32,000 nt of DNA from assembly GCF_000011125.1 (NCBI RefSeq), contig NC_000854.2:450001-482000 (forward strand), in the 5' to 3' direction. A model generated the notes under the pieces. The model was not told where the DNA came from, made no database searches, and saw only the letters and a list, made by a program, of their open reading frames with translations. The DNA comes from Aeropyrum pernix K1. Its GTDB lineage: Archaea; Thermoproteota; Thermoprotei_A; Sulfolobales; Acidilobaceae. A program made the translations under genes and the position numbers. Every line of letters begins with the position of its first letter. Position 1 is the stretch's first letter. Below, one piece after another: positions 17,745-26,452 of this stretch.

Positions 17745-17834
17745 AACACCCTCACACCCAGTAAATTACACTAAGAATCTTGGGAGGAAAGAGGGTTAAG
17801 CCAGAGCGGGGAGAGACCCGGTTTGGATGACGGG

Positions 17835-17913
17835 TGGTGCGGCGGCCGGGATTTGAACCCGGGACCTCCGGCTTGGCAGGCCGGCGTCCTAGTCCAGGCT
17901 AGACGACCGCCGC
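17835..17913 (-). tRNA. tRNA-Gly (anticodon GCC), CCA encoded
   Basis: Reverse complement folds as GCGGCGG-TC-GTCT-AGCCTGGACTA-GGAC-G-CCGGC-CTGCCAA-GCCGG-AGGTC-CCGGG-TTCAAAT-CCCGG-CCGCCGC-A-CCA. No intron. Confidence 0.9.
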
Positions 17914-17932
17914 GTCCAGACTGTTGAGTAAT

Positions 17933-18020
17933 GTATCCGGAGGGTTAAAGATTTACTGGGAGAGGGGGCAGGTTTCCAACGGCTTCACAATACTACCTTA
18001 TCTTTAAATTCTCCGGATAC
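17933..18020. promoter_or_regulatory. Mirrored pair of promoter-like modules (TCTTTAA-N3/4-TCCGGATAC) facing tRNA-Gly and the ParB-like gene
   Basis: The reverse complement of the left arm (17933-17951) is TCTTTAACCCTCCGGATAC. The right arm (18001-18020) is TCTTTAAATTCTCCGGATAC. Each TTTAA block sits about 30 nt from its gene's 5' end. Confidence 0.5.
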
Positions 18021-18037
18021 AATATCCGGTCTATAAT

Positions 18038-18535
18038 ATGGGGGTGCGCGGGGTTGGACTGGCTGGAATGCCTTTGACAGTGTTCAAGCCCCTCTTCAGG
18101 CTTAGACACGGTATAGTAGGCTTGGTCTCTATCTCCTCGTTAAAGCCTCACGAGGAGGTAGAGGATGATAGGCTAGAGCTTCTCCTGGACGATATAAGAC
18201 GTAGGAGGCTTGTTGTGAAGCCCATACTAGTTGATGCGAAGACCCTCGTCATCCTTGACGGCCACCACAGGTTCAACGCTCTGAAGATACTGGGCGCCAG
18301 GTACGCGCCCGCGGTTCTAGTCGACTACGACTCTCCCTGCGTCTCCGTAGGCTCCTGGAGGGAGGGTGTGAGTGTGTCTAAGGAGGAGGTTAGGAGGAGA
18401 GGCGTGGAGGGGAAGCTGTACCCGCCGAGGACCAGCCGTCATAGAGTGTGCTTCGAGATACCGGATGTCAATGCGGGGCTGGAGGAGCTGGTGGGTGACG
18501 GGCTCGGGGCTGGGGAGCATGATGGGGGCTTGTGA
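18038..18535 (+). CDS. ParB/sulfiredoxin-fold domain protein (DGHHR motif)
   Basis: 165-aa ORF. LKPHEEV...PILVDAKTLVILDGHHRFNALKILG is a ParB-like nuclease/Srx domain core. Alternative start at ATG 18068. Confidence 0.65.
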   Translation: MGVRGVGLAGMPLTVFKPLFRLRHGIVGLVSISSLKPHEEVEDDRLELLLDDIRRRRLVVKPILVDAKTLVILDGHHRFNALKILGARYAPAVLVDYDSPCVSVGSWREGVSVSKEEVRRRGVEGKLYPPRTSRHRVCFEIPDVNAGLEELVGDGLGAGEHDGGL

Positions 18536-18550
18536 GGCGGAGGCCCCCCG

Positions 18551-19720
18551 CTAGTCTATCCAGTCTCCCGTCTCTATCTTCTCCGGTATGTACTGGTAGG
18601 CGAAGAACTTCAGGCCCTTGCTGGCTATGGCCTCTATCTCGAGCTTGACGAGGTGCTTAAGGAACAGCCTTATCTCGACGTTCCACCTGCGGTTCTTCCC
18701 TATCCACGAGTAGTTTAGCAGCTCCTTAGCCCTCTTGATGTCCTTGTCTGTAGCCTTTATCATGAACTTCTTCCTCTCGGCCTCGCTCAGGTACGGCTTC
18801 TTCCCCCTGTAGCCGAAGATGTCGGTCATCTGCACCCCGAGGAACTTGGCCTTCGGTGTTGCGAGCCTCTCGCTCTCGTAGCTCAGGGTTATGCTGCCCA
18901 CCTTGTAGACAGAGTAGATGTACCACCCGTAGGGGTCGCTGTCGGTTATTATATATACCGGCAGCTTCAGCTCCTCGTGGAGCCTCCTGACAAACCTCCT
19001 CGTAGCCCTGTCGGGCTGGCCGGAGCCTGTCACCAGGAGGGCTTTATACTTCTTCCAGAACCCGGCTCTGTGGAGCTGCTGGAACACCGCGTCCTTCTCC
19101 ACCACCAGCACGAACTCGGCGTCGACGTCTAGGAATTCTATGAGGTCGGGGGTGGGCTCTATGGCGTATGCCCCGTGGCCTAGCTTAGAGAGGTCTATCA
19201 CGTCGCCGCCGCTCCTTATCCTCATGTTGCCGACAACCTTGCCCTTCTCCTTCGAGAGTATCAGCATGTCCTCCCTGAAGAGGCCGGTGTACACCTCTAT
19301 GTCCTGTATCACGCTGTCGCTCTCCTTCTGCTCGTCCCACGTGTTCTCCTCTCTCTTCCTCCCCGAGTAGTCTCTATACACTATGGTGTGCTTCCCCTTG
19401 TAGTACAGGTCCCTTATAGTCGGGTACTCGTTCTCGATGAGGGACTGGTATATTATCGAGGCCATCAGGAGGGTCTGCATGAACCTCCTCGACTCGCCCA
19501 CGTTCAGGAACTCCCTCTCCAGCTTCTCCTCTCCAATGACCAGTATACCCCTCTCGGGGTCGAATATCGTGTTGGAGAGCGTCCTCTTCGGTATCTCCAG
19601 CTTCGGCGGCCTACCCTTTATAACGTCGCTTATGAGCCTGTGGAACTTCTTGTACATAACCTCCGCAGCCCTAAGCCTCGCCTTAATGTCAACCTCGTCC
19701 CCGAACATCTCACCCGACAA
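18551..19720 (-). CDS. top6A: DNA topoisomerase VI subunit A (Spo11 homologue)
   Basis: 389-aa ORF with the 5Y-CAP region (IRDLYYKGK) and Toprim motifs (VLVVEKDAVF and YIITDSDPYGWYIY). Confidence 0.95.
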   Translation of the reverse strand: MSGEMFGDEVDIKARLRAAEVMYKKFHRLISDVIKGRPPKLEIPKRTLSNTIFDPERGILVIGEEKLEREFLNVGESRRFMQTLLMASIIYQSLIENEYPTIRDLYYKGKHTIVYRDYSGRKREENTWDEQKESDSVIQDIEVYTGLFREDMLILSKEKGKVVGNMRIRSGGDVIDLSKLGHGAYAIEPTPDLIEFLDVDAEFVLVVEKDAVFQQLHRAGFWKKYKALLVTGSGQPDRATRRFVRRLHEELKLPVYIITDSDPYGWYIYSVYKVGSITLSYESERLATPKAKFLGVQMTDIFGYRGKKPYLSEAERKKFMIKATDKDIKRAKELLNYSWIGKNRRWNVEIRLFLKHLVKLEIEAIASKGLKFFAYQYIPEKIETGDWID

Positions 19721-19738
19721 GCACCCTCACCCCCAGGG

Positions 19739-21445
19739 CTACTCGAGCTCCACGCTCTCGACTATCCTCCTCACAATCGCTTCTGGATCCTCGGTCTTGC
19801 CGTCGACGGGCGGCAACTCTATGTGGCGCGCCACAATTTTGATCAGAGCCTCCTGGATCTTCTTAACCTCCTCAGGCTTGGGCGGCTGCCACTTGCTCGG
19901 CGGCCTTAGGAAGTAGGCCAGGCTGACGGCGACCTCGGGTATGTACTTAGCCAGGGTCACGCTCCTCCTGATAGCCTCCTCCTCCCTCGCCTTTCTGGAT
20001 AGGTAGAGCCTTAGCCTCCTGGCGACCTCCTGTACGGCGTTCCTTATCTCTGCCTCTATCTCGGGGACGTCGCTCACGCTCTCCTTCCCCACGCCCTTGT
20101 AGGGTACTTTCGTGCTCGCTATGTGGACGAGCACTACTAGGGGGGCTGGGAAGTCTACGTTATACTGCCTCCAGTTTATGCTGCTGACCACCTTGTAGCT
20201 GACGTCCTCCCTCTCCTCGTAGAGTAGTGGTATCTTGTTGGCGTATCTCAGGAGGAGGGGCTCGCTGCGGGCCTCTATCCCGCCCCCGTACGCTATCCCC
20301 ACCTCAACTATGAAGGGGTGGCCCCTGTAGGCCTTGGGGCTCCTCGATACAGCCCCTACCCACTCGGGGTTGAACATTCTCCTAAGCCCAATCTCTATGA
20401 TGTCGCTGCCTATGGGGCTCAGGTAGTCGCTCTTCGGCGCCCTGAAGGGGTATTCCATGAGCGCGTCCGCCAGGCGCCTGAGGAGCTTGTCCCTACCCTT
20501 CTTCAGCAGCTCCCTGGGCTTTAGATCCGGATCGAGACCATACTTCTCCAGGAAGTCCTGGGCTGTCTTGTCGCCTATGCTCTGGAACTCCTTCACGAGG
20601 AACTCTCTGAGCGTGGAGGCCCTTGTGCTGCGGAGCATGGATTTAAGCTGCTCTATGTCAACGCCGTGGGGGTGGGGCTTCGACTCCCTGGGCGGCTTGG
20701 GCAGCTTCCTTGTGGACCTGGGGAAGTAGTATATCTCGCCGTCGGGCGTCTCCAGTATTATCTCGGCGTACGGGGCTATCACGGCAGTCCTCTTGATATA
20801 TTCTAGAATCTTGCTCTTAGCCCTGCTCCAGTCCCCCTCTAGCGAGAGGGTGACCCTGGTGCCGTGCCACGAGCCCCTCTTGTTCCACTCACCCCTCTCC
20901 AGGATCCTGGGCTCGTTACGCTGGACGTCTATGACTAGCTTCATCATGTAGACATACTGGGAGCCCTTCGTCGCGCTGTAAACCTCCACAGGGGTACCTG
21001 CAGTCATCTGGCCGTATAGTATGGCAGCCTTCACGCCGAGGCCGTACATACCCCTCGTCTGCCTTATCACGTACTTGCTGCTGAAGAGGACCTTGCCGAA
21101 CGCCATGGCCATGCTAGTGACGGGCACTCCTATACCGTTGTCCTCGACAGTGACAGTGTACCGGGGCCTACCACCCCTACCCTCTGAGCCCTCTATCTGC
21201 CTAATAGATATGTGGATCCAGGGTAGAATGCCCTTGGCGTCGGTAGCGTCCAGACTGTTCTCCACAAGCTCCCTTATAGTCTGGTAGAGAGCCCTCGTGG
21301 GGTTGGCGAAACCCGCCAGCTCCTTGTTCTTCGCGAAGAACTCCGCTACACTCATCTCCCTATACTTCTCGCCTGTAGACCCGGGCCTAGCAGCCTCCTC
21401 AGCCCTGGCCCTCGCCCTCCTGGTCCTCTTAGCCACAGCACTCAA
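19739..21445 (-). CDS. top6B: DNA topoisomerase VI subunit B (GHKL ATPase)
   Basis: 568-aa ORF with TTG start and Bergerat-fold boxes ([25 protein letters not shown]). It lies 18 nt upstream of top6A on the same strand. Confidence 0.95.
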
Positions 21446-21744
21446 GCTACCTGCCCACCCCCCGCAGAAACAGCCGCGCGAGGCGGCAAATCTACCCCCA
21501 GAGAAATAATATCTCCCTAAGGCTTTATGCAGGCTAGACTACATAACAGGGCAGCCTCCCATAGTACATGCTAGAACAATTCCAGATTCAGAATAAGCTG
21601 AGCGTTATACTGCTACCCCACTACATCCCATTCCTTAATTAGACTAGCCTGTACGCGTGTATTGCTGCAGCTTAACCTACACGTTCAAGAGGAAAAATAA
21701 TCCTGCACTACATATTATGGTAGTCGTGAGGCGGGTGCAGGGTC

Positions 21745-24039
21745 TTGCATCTATCAAGGTGGATTGGCTGGAGGTATGTGGGTAGGCGCGTGAAGCGGGT
21801 TGAGGATTACCGTCTGCTCACGGGGAGGGGTAGGTATGTTGATGATGTTAGGCTGGAGGGCATGCTCTACGCCGCCTTCGCCAGGTCTGAATATCCTCAC
21901 GCTGTGGTTAGGAAGGTTGACTTGAGCGATGCCTTGAAGGCCCCGGGTGTCGTGGCAGCCTTCAGCTACTCCGATCTCGAGGGCTCGCTGAAGCCGTGGA
22001 CGTTCGACGCCCCCTCGAGCCCCATGTACCCGCTGGCCAGGGATAGGGTTAGGTATTATGGTGAGCCTGTTGCGGTTGTTGTCGCCAGTGACCCGTACCA
22101 GGCGGCTGACGCTGTGGAGCTGGTGTCGGTCGACTACGAGCCTCTGGAGCCCGTCGTCGACCCTCTGAAGGCTATGGAGCCTGGGGCCCCTAGGGTGCAT
22201 GACGAGGCTGAGAGGAACATAGCCTATTCTAGGAGGCTGTCGTGCGGCGATGTGGAGAAGGCTTTCAGGGAGGCGGCGGTTGTTGTGGAGGACACGCTTT
22301 GGGTTGCAAGGAAGTATGCTGCGAGTCTGGAGCCCCGGGGCGTCGCCGCCAGCTACGACGGGAGCACTCTGACGGTGTGGGTCTCGACTCAGACGCCCCA
22401 CGACCATAGGGACGAGCTCCTGGAGAAGATCGTGCCTCCCCCGAGTGACGTTAGAGTTATACAGCCCGACGTTGGGGGGGCTTTCGGCGCTAAGATAGAA
22501 GTCTACCCTGAGGAGGTTGTGGTTCCGTACCTTGCCATGAGGCTGGGGAGGCCGGTCAAGTGGTACCCATCCCGGAGGGAGGACATGGTGGCCACCACCC
22601 ACGGCCGCGACATAAGGGCTGAACTGGCTCTAGCAGCCTCTAGGGACGGCAGGATACTTGGCGTGAGGGGTAGGATAATAGGCGACGTGGGGGCCTACCC
22701 TCTAGGGATCTTCCTGCCCCTGATAGCCGGGCGCATACTACCGGGGCCTTACGACATCAGGAGCGGCGATGTCGAGGTCCTCGCAGTCTATACCAACAAG
22801 ACACCCCTGGCGGCCTACAGGGGGGCCGGGAGGCCTGAGGGCATCTTCTTCATGGAGAGGATGGTCGACCTTCTAGCCGACGAGCTGGGCATGGACCCGG
22901 CTGAGCTCAGGCTGAGGAATATGGTTAAGCCTGAGGCCATGCCCTACAGGAACTGCTTCGGCTGGCAGTACGACTCGGGAGACTACCCGGGCACCCTGAA
23001 GCGCGGCCTAAAGCTACTGAGGCTAAGGGAGCTAGAGTCCTGGGTTGAGGAGGAGCGTAGGAAGGGCAGGCTCCTCGGCCTGGGCTACGCCTTCTACGTC
23101 GAGATAACCAGCGGCGGCCCCTTCGAGACGGCCAAGGTGTCTCTCGAGCGCGGGGGGACGGTGAGTATAGTGGTGGGCTCCACACCCACGGGCCAGGGAG
23201 ACGCCACGGGGTTCGCTCAGATCGCCGCCGACATACTGGGGGTTGGCGTCGAGAGGGTGAGGGTCCGCTGGGGCGACACGGGGCTTATAGGGGAGGGTGT
23301 AGGGACCTTCGGCAGCAGGACTATAACTGTGGGTGGCGGCGCCGTCATAGAGGCTGTGTCGGAGCTTGTTGAGAGGCTGAGGCCCAAGGCCGCTGAGATG
23401 CTTGGGGTTGATCCGGGAAGGGTGGAGTATAGGCCGGGGGAGTTCTACGTAGTGGACAGTCCAGAGGACTTCGTGGGTCTGTGGGATGTGGTTGAACAGC
23501 TGTACAGGGAGCTGGGTGAGAAGGCCGGCGAGGTCCTCTCCGCGTACGCCAAGTACGACCCGAAGAAGCCCGTCTACCCCTATGGCCTTCACGCGGCTGT
23601 GGTGGAGATAGACCCTGAGACTGGGGTGCCGCGCGTCGTGGAGTACCGGGCCCTGGATGATGTGGGCCGGATAGTCAACCCCATGCTACTGGAGGGCCAG
23701 CTGGTGGGCGGGATAGTGCAGGGTATAGGGGACACGCTGTACGAGGAGATGGTGTACACTGGCGACGGCTATCCGGCCACGCTGAGCCTCTCCGACTATG
23801 GAGTGCCAACGGCGCTGGAGTACCCTGAGGTTGTGGAGCTACACTTCCAGGAAACGCCTACACACCACCCCCACGGCACCCGCGGCGTCGGCGAGATAGG
23901 CACCATAGCTGCGCCGCCTGCAGTGGCCAGGGCTGTTGAGGACGCGGTTAGGAGGTACACCGGGCGTGGCGGGTTCAGGGTGAGGAGGCTTCCCGTCAAG
24001 CCAGAGGATATACTGGCCGCCCTCGCTGCCGAGGGCTGA
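21745..24039 (+). CDS. Molybdenum hydroxylase large (molybdopterin-binding) subunit, form II CoxL-like / aldehyde oxidoreductase family
   Basis: 764-aa ORF with VGRRVKRVEDYRLLTGRGRYVDD at the N-terminus, plus GGAFGAK, the AAYRGAGRPE loop, GTGQGDATGFAQI and GVGEIG. No 2Fe-2S or FAD subunit genes are adjacent. Confidence 0.85.
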   Translation: MHLSRWIGWRYVGRRVKRVEDYRLLTGRGRYVDDVRLEGMLYAAFARSEYPHAVVRKVDLSDALKAPGVVAAFSYSDLEGSLKPWTFDAPSSPMYPLARDRVRYYGEPVAVVVASDPYQAADAVELVSVDYEPLEPVVDPLKAMEPGAPRVHDEAERNIAYSRRLSCGDVEKAFREAAVVVEDTLWVARKYAASLEPRGVAASYDGSTLTVWVSTQTPHDHRDELLEKIVPPPSDVRVIQPDVGGAFGAKIEVYPEEVVVPYLAMRLGRPVKWYPSRREDMVATTHGRDIRAELALAASRDGRILGVRGRIIGDVGAYPLGIFLPLIAGRILPGPYDIRSGDVEVLAVYTNKTPLAAYRGAGRPEGIFFMERMVDLLADELGMDPAELRLRNMVKPEAMPYRNCFGWQYDSGDYPGTLKRGLKLLRLRELESWVEEERRKGRLLGLGYAFYVEITSGGPFETAKVSLERGGTVSIVVGSTPTGQGDATGFAQIAADILGVGVERVRVRWGDTGLIGEGVGTFGSRTITVGGGAVIEAVSELVERLRPKAAEMLGVDPGRVEYRPGEFYVVDSPEDFVGLWDVVEQLYRELGEKAGEVLSAYAKYDPKKPVYPYGLHAAVVEIDPETGVPRVVEYRALDDVGRIVNPMLLEGQLVGGIVQGIGDTLYEEMVYTGDGYPATLSLSDYGVPTALEYPEVVELHFQETPTHHPHGTRGVGEIGTIAAPPAVARAVEDAVRRYTGRGGFRVRRLPVKPEDILAALAAEG

Positions 24040-24061
24040 GTGGGTGAGAGGATGGTGGGTT

Positions 24062-24271
24062 ATGCAAGCACGGCAGTCTAGGAGGGGGTTTTTGAGGAGG
24101 CTCAAGACACTTGTCCTGGCGGCCCTCGTTTTCGTCATAGCCTACAGGCTAGCCCTAGCCCTGGCGGCCTCCATACTGAAGGGGGCCATAGCAGCTGCTA
24201 TGCTGGTGTCTATCCTCGCAGCCGCCGCCGTTGTAATAGCCGTGGTGATGCTTCTGAGGCGGGGCAGGTGA
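24062..24271 (+). CDS. Small two-helix membrane protein with a twin-arginine-like N-terminal motif
   Basis: 69 aa from the ATG at 24062 (the ORF track gives 24044). MQARQSRRGFLRRLK is followed by two hydrophobic helices and a basic C-terminus. It starts 22 nt after the CoxL-like stop, and its stop overlaps the next start as GTGA. Confidence 0.45.
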   Translation: MQARQSRRGFLRRLKTLVLAALVFVIAYRLALALAASILKGAIAAAMLVSILAAAAVVIAVVMLLRRGR

Positions 24272-25143
24272 GCCTGTTGGCCCAGAGGGTGAGATGGGAG
24301 AGGGTTGAGAGGGTTGCAGAGGCCTTCTCCAGGCTGAGCATCGGCGAGGTCCTCGGGTTCGAAGAGCAGGTCGACCCCCAGTACAAGCTGGTCTCCCGGC
24401 TGGCAGGGGAGATTGGGGCTGGTAAGGCGGCCCTATCAGCCCTCCTTGTGGGGCTCGCCAGCTACAGGCTCGCAATGAGGGGGGAGGAGTGGTGGCTCTG
24501 CTTCTACAGGCACATGAGGTCCTCGCTACCCAGGGCTGAGGGTCTAAGAGGGGTCCTGAGGGCTGTTGAGGGGTTTCTAACGTCCTGCAGCGGGGCTGCC
24601 ATAGGTAGGGAGGCCAAGCTCAGGAGGGTTAGGAGGGCCGCCAGCGCTGCTGAGGTCCTCGGGGAGGTGCTGGATAATCCTCTGGTGCTTGTGGAGAGGC
24701 CCTCTGAGGTCCTGGAAGCGTTGAGGGTGGCTCTGGGCGAGAAGGGCTTCAGGAAGACTACTGTGTTCTCTGTTAAGATAGCGTACTACGCTGTAAGGCC
24801 CCTCGCGGGCAGAAAGCCCCTGACGCTAGACGTCCCCATACCTGTTGACGTGAGGGTCGCGTGCGCCAGCATATCCTCGGAGATGGTGGAAGCCCCTAGC
24901 TATAGGGAGGTTGTTGCGAGGCCTGAGGCCGCCCAGAGGGCTTGGGGGCGTGTAGCCAGGTCCTCAGGCATACCCGTCCTCCATATAGACTCGATACTGT
25001 GGGTTACTGGCTGGGCTCCCAGGGAGCTCCCCCCGGGTGAGGCTCGGGAGGCTGTGGCGGGGATCCTCTCCCGCGCCCTGGATAGGGGTAAGGCGGTGCT
25101 TCTCGCGTCGGAGCTGGTCAGGAGGCCTTGCCCTGGAGGCTGA
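24268..25143 (+). CDS. Archaeal 8-oxoguanine DNA glycosylase/lyase (AGOG family)
   Basis: 291-aa ORF. DPQYKLVSRL, GLASYRLAMRGEEWW, RKTTVFSVKIAYYA, VPIPVDVRVA and IPVLHIDSILWVTG match, from memory, the blocks of Pyrobaculum AGOG (DPQY, ISYRLTGKGEEHW, KTLVFTIK, IPIPVD.RVA, PPLHLDTLLW). Confidence 0.8.
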   Translation: MSLLAQRVRWERVERVAEAFSRLSIGEVLGFEEQVDPQYKLVSRLAGEIGAGKAALSALLVGLASYRLAMRGEEWWLCFYRHMRSSLPRAEGLRGVLRAVEGFLTSCSGAAIGREAKLRRVRRAASAAEVLGEVLDNPLVLVERPSEVLEALRVALGEKGFRKTTVFSVKIAYYAVRPLAGRKPLTLDVPIPVDVRVACASISSEMVEAPSYREVVARPEAAQRAWGRVARSSGIPVLHIDSILWVTGWAPRELPPGEAREAVAGILSRALDRGKAVLLASELVRRPCPGG

Positions 25144-26314
25144 GTCTCCTACTCTTCTTGACGTACTTATTCAGCCGCCCCCAGTCCACCTCAACACCTA
25201 TTCCCGGCCTGCTCCTAGCCCTTATGACGCTGCCACGCTCAAGCTCCCACGGCTCGTCGACAATATCCTCCATGTAGTACCTCCTGCTGGCGCTTATGTC
25301 GGAGGGGTACCTGACGCCGGGCAGGGTTCCCAGGGCGACCAGGTGGCCCCTACCCACACCCGTCTCCAGCATGCCCCCTATCCAGACCGGCAGGTGCGCC
25401 TTGAGGCTCCAGAAGTCGTGTATCTCGAGGGAGGACGCTATACCCCCCACCCTCCCCGGCTTTATGTTTATCACCCTAGCCGACCCTAGCTTGAGGGCTG
25501 CGACAGCGTCTCTAACGCTCTTAACACTCTCGTCGAGGCATACGGGCGTTCTAACCATGCTCTGGAAGTGGGCGTGCTCCAGCAGGTCGTCGTGGTGGAA
25601 AGGCTGCTCTATCATTAGGAGCCCGTAGTCGTCCAGCCTCGACAGCCTGGGGGCGTCGAGGAATGTGTACGCGGCGTTGGCGTCTACCTGCAGCGGAACG
25701 TCGGGGAACTCCCTCCTCAGCGCCTCAACAGGCTCCAAGTCCCACCCAGGCTCTATCTTAATCTTGATTCTCCCATACCCCTCCTCCAGGTAGCGGGAGA
25801 CCGTTCTAACCAGGTCCTCTATAGAGGGCTGTATGCCGACGCTCACCCCCACGCTGACGTCCCTCTTGACACCCCCGATTAGGCTCCAGAGGGGCTTCGA
25901 CTCCATCCTGGCCTTGAGGTCCCACAGGGCCATCTCAACCCCTGCTTTAGCCATGTTGTGCCCCCTAATCCTGGAGAGGCGGCCCCCCACCTCCCTGGGA
26001 TGCTCTATAGTGCTGGGCAGCAGCCTTGCTATGTAGTCCTCAATAACGTGCCAGGCGGTCCACACGGTCTCGCTGGAATACCAGGGGCCCTCCCCGGCCA
26101 CAACCTCACCCCACCCCTCCTCACCCCCCTTCTCCACGGCCCTGACCAGGAGGGCTGGCCTCAGCCTCGTGCTCCCGAAGCTGGTTCTAAACTCCGAGAC
26201 GAGGGGCATCCAGACCTCGAAAACCTCCAGCCTTACAACCTCCAACCGGCAGAACACCCTATAACCCGGCCCCGCATCCGCGGACCATAACTTTATCGCC
26301 CGGCACCTACACAT
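25118..26314 (-). CDS. Enolase-superfamily enzyme, MR/MLE subgroup (o-succinylbenzoate synthase / N-acylamino-acid racemase-like)
   Basis: 398-aa ORF with the catalytic/metal residue pattern RIKIKI (KxK), QVDAN, MIEQP, CLDES and NIKPGR. The true start is probably internal, near VVRLEVFEVWMPL. Confidence 0.85.
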   Translation of the reverse strand: MCRCRAIKLWSADAGPGYRVFCRLEVVRLEVFEVWMPLVSEFRTSFGSTRLRPALLVRAVEKGGEEGWGEVVAGEGPWYSSETVWTAWHVIEDYIARLLPSTIEHPREVGGRLSRIRGHNMAKAGVEMALWDLKARMESKPLWSLIGGVKRDVSVGVSVGIQPSIEDLVRTVSRYLEEGYGRIKIKIEPGWDLEPVEALRREFPDVPLQVDANAAYTFLDAPRLSRLDDYGLLMIEQPFHHDDLLEHAHFQSMVRTPVCLDESVKSVRDAVAALKLGSARVINIKPGRVGGIASSLEIHDFWSLKAHLPVWIGGMLETGVGRGHLVALGTLPGVRYPSDISASRRYYMEDIVDEPWELERGSVIRARSRPGIGVEVDWGRLNKYVKKSRRLSLQGKAS

Positions 26315-26363
26315 AACGGTAACCGGGGGCTGAAGACATGCACCTCCACTGAGGGTGCCTCCC

Positions 26364-26380
26364 TGTGAGGAGTTCAGCCT
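26364..26380 (+). repeat. Copy B of the exact 17-nt intergenic repeat TGTGAGGAGTTCAGCCT
   Basis: Read directly from the sequence and identical to 3776-3792. Confidence 0.9.
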
Positions 26381-26452
26381 GGCTTAGACCCCCGCGGCTG
26401 TGATTATAACCTCCGACCCCGACACCAACACTCTAGGATGCTCTAGCCTGAG

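Noticed and set aside
21537-21713. ACTACAT/CACTACAT occurring three times in the top6B-molybdoenzyme gap
   Set aside because: A 7-8-mer recurring in 300 bp of biased composition is expected by chance. It has no symmetry and no regular spacing.
21754-22602. 282-aa ORF on the minus strand inside the molybdoenzyme gene. Similar cases are 23032-23592 (-), 11890-12534 (-) inside icd, 19388-19916 (+) across top6A/top6B, 13050-14384 (several, both strands) inside the pilus platform gene, and 28225-28692 (-) inside int.
   Set aside because: The opposite strand carries unmistakable family motifs in every case. These ORFs have the Pro/Arg/Leu/Gly-rich composition typical of stop-poor antisense frames in high-GC DNA.
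24044-24061. GTG at 24044 as the start of the small membrane ORF
   Set aside because: The in-frame ATG at 24062 gives the cleaner n-region (MQARQSRRGFL). The extra MRGWWV adds nothing recognisable. Either start remains possible.
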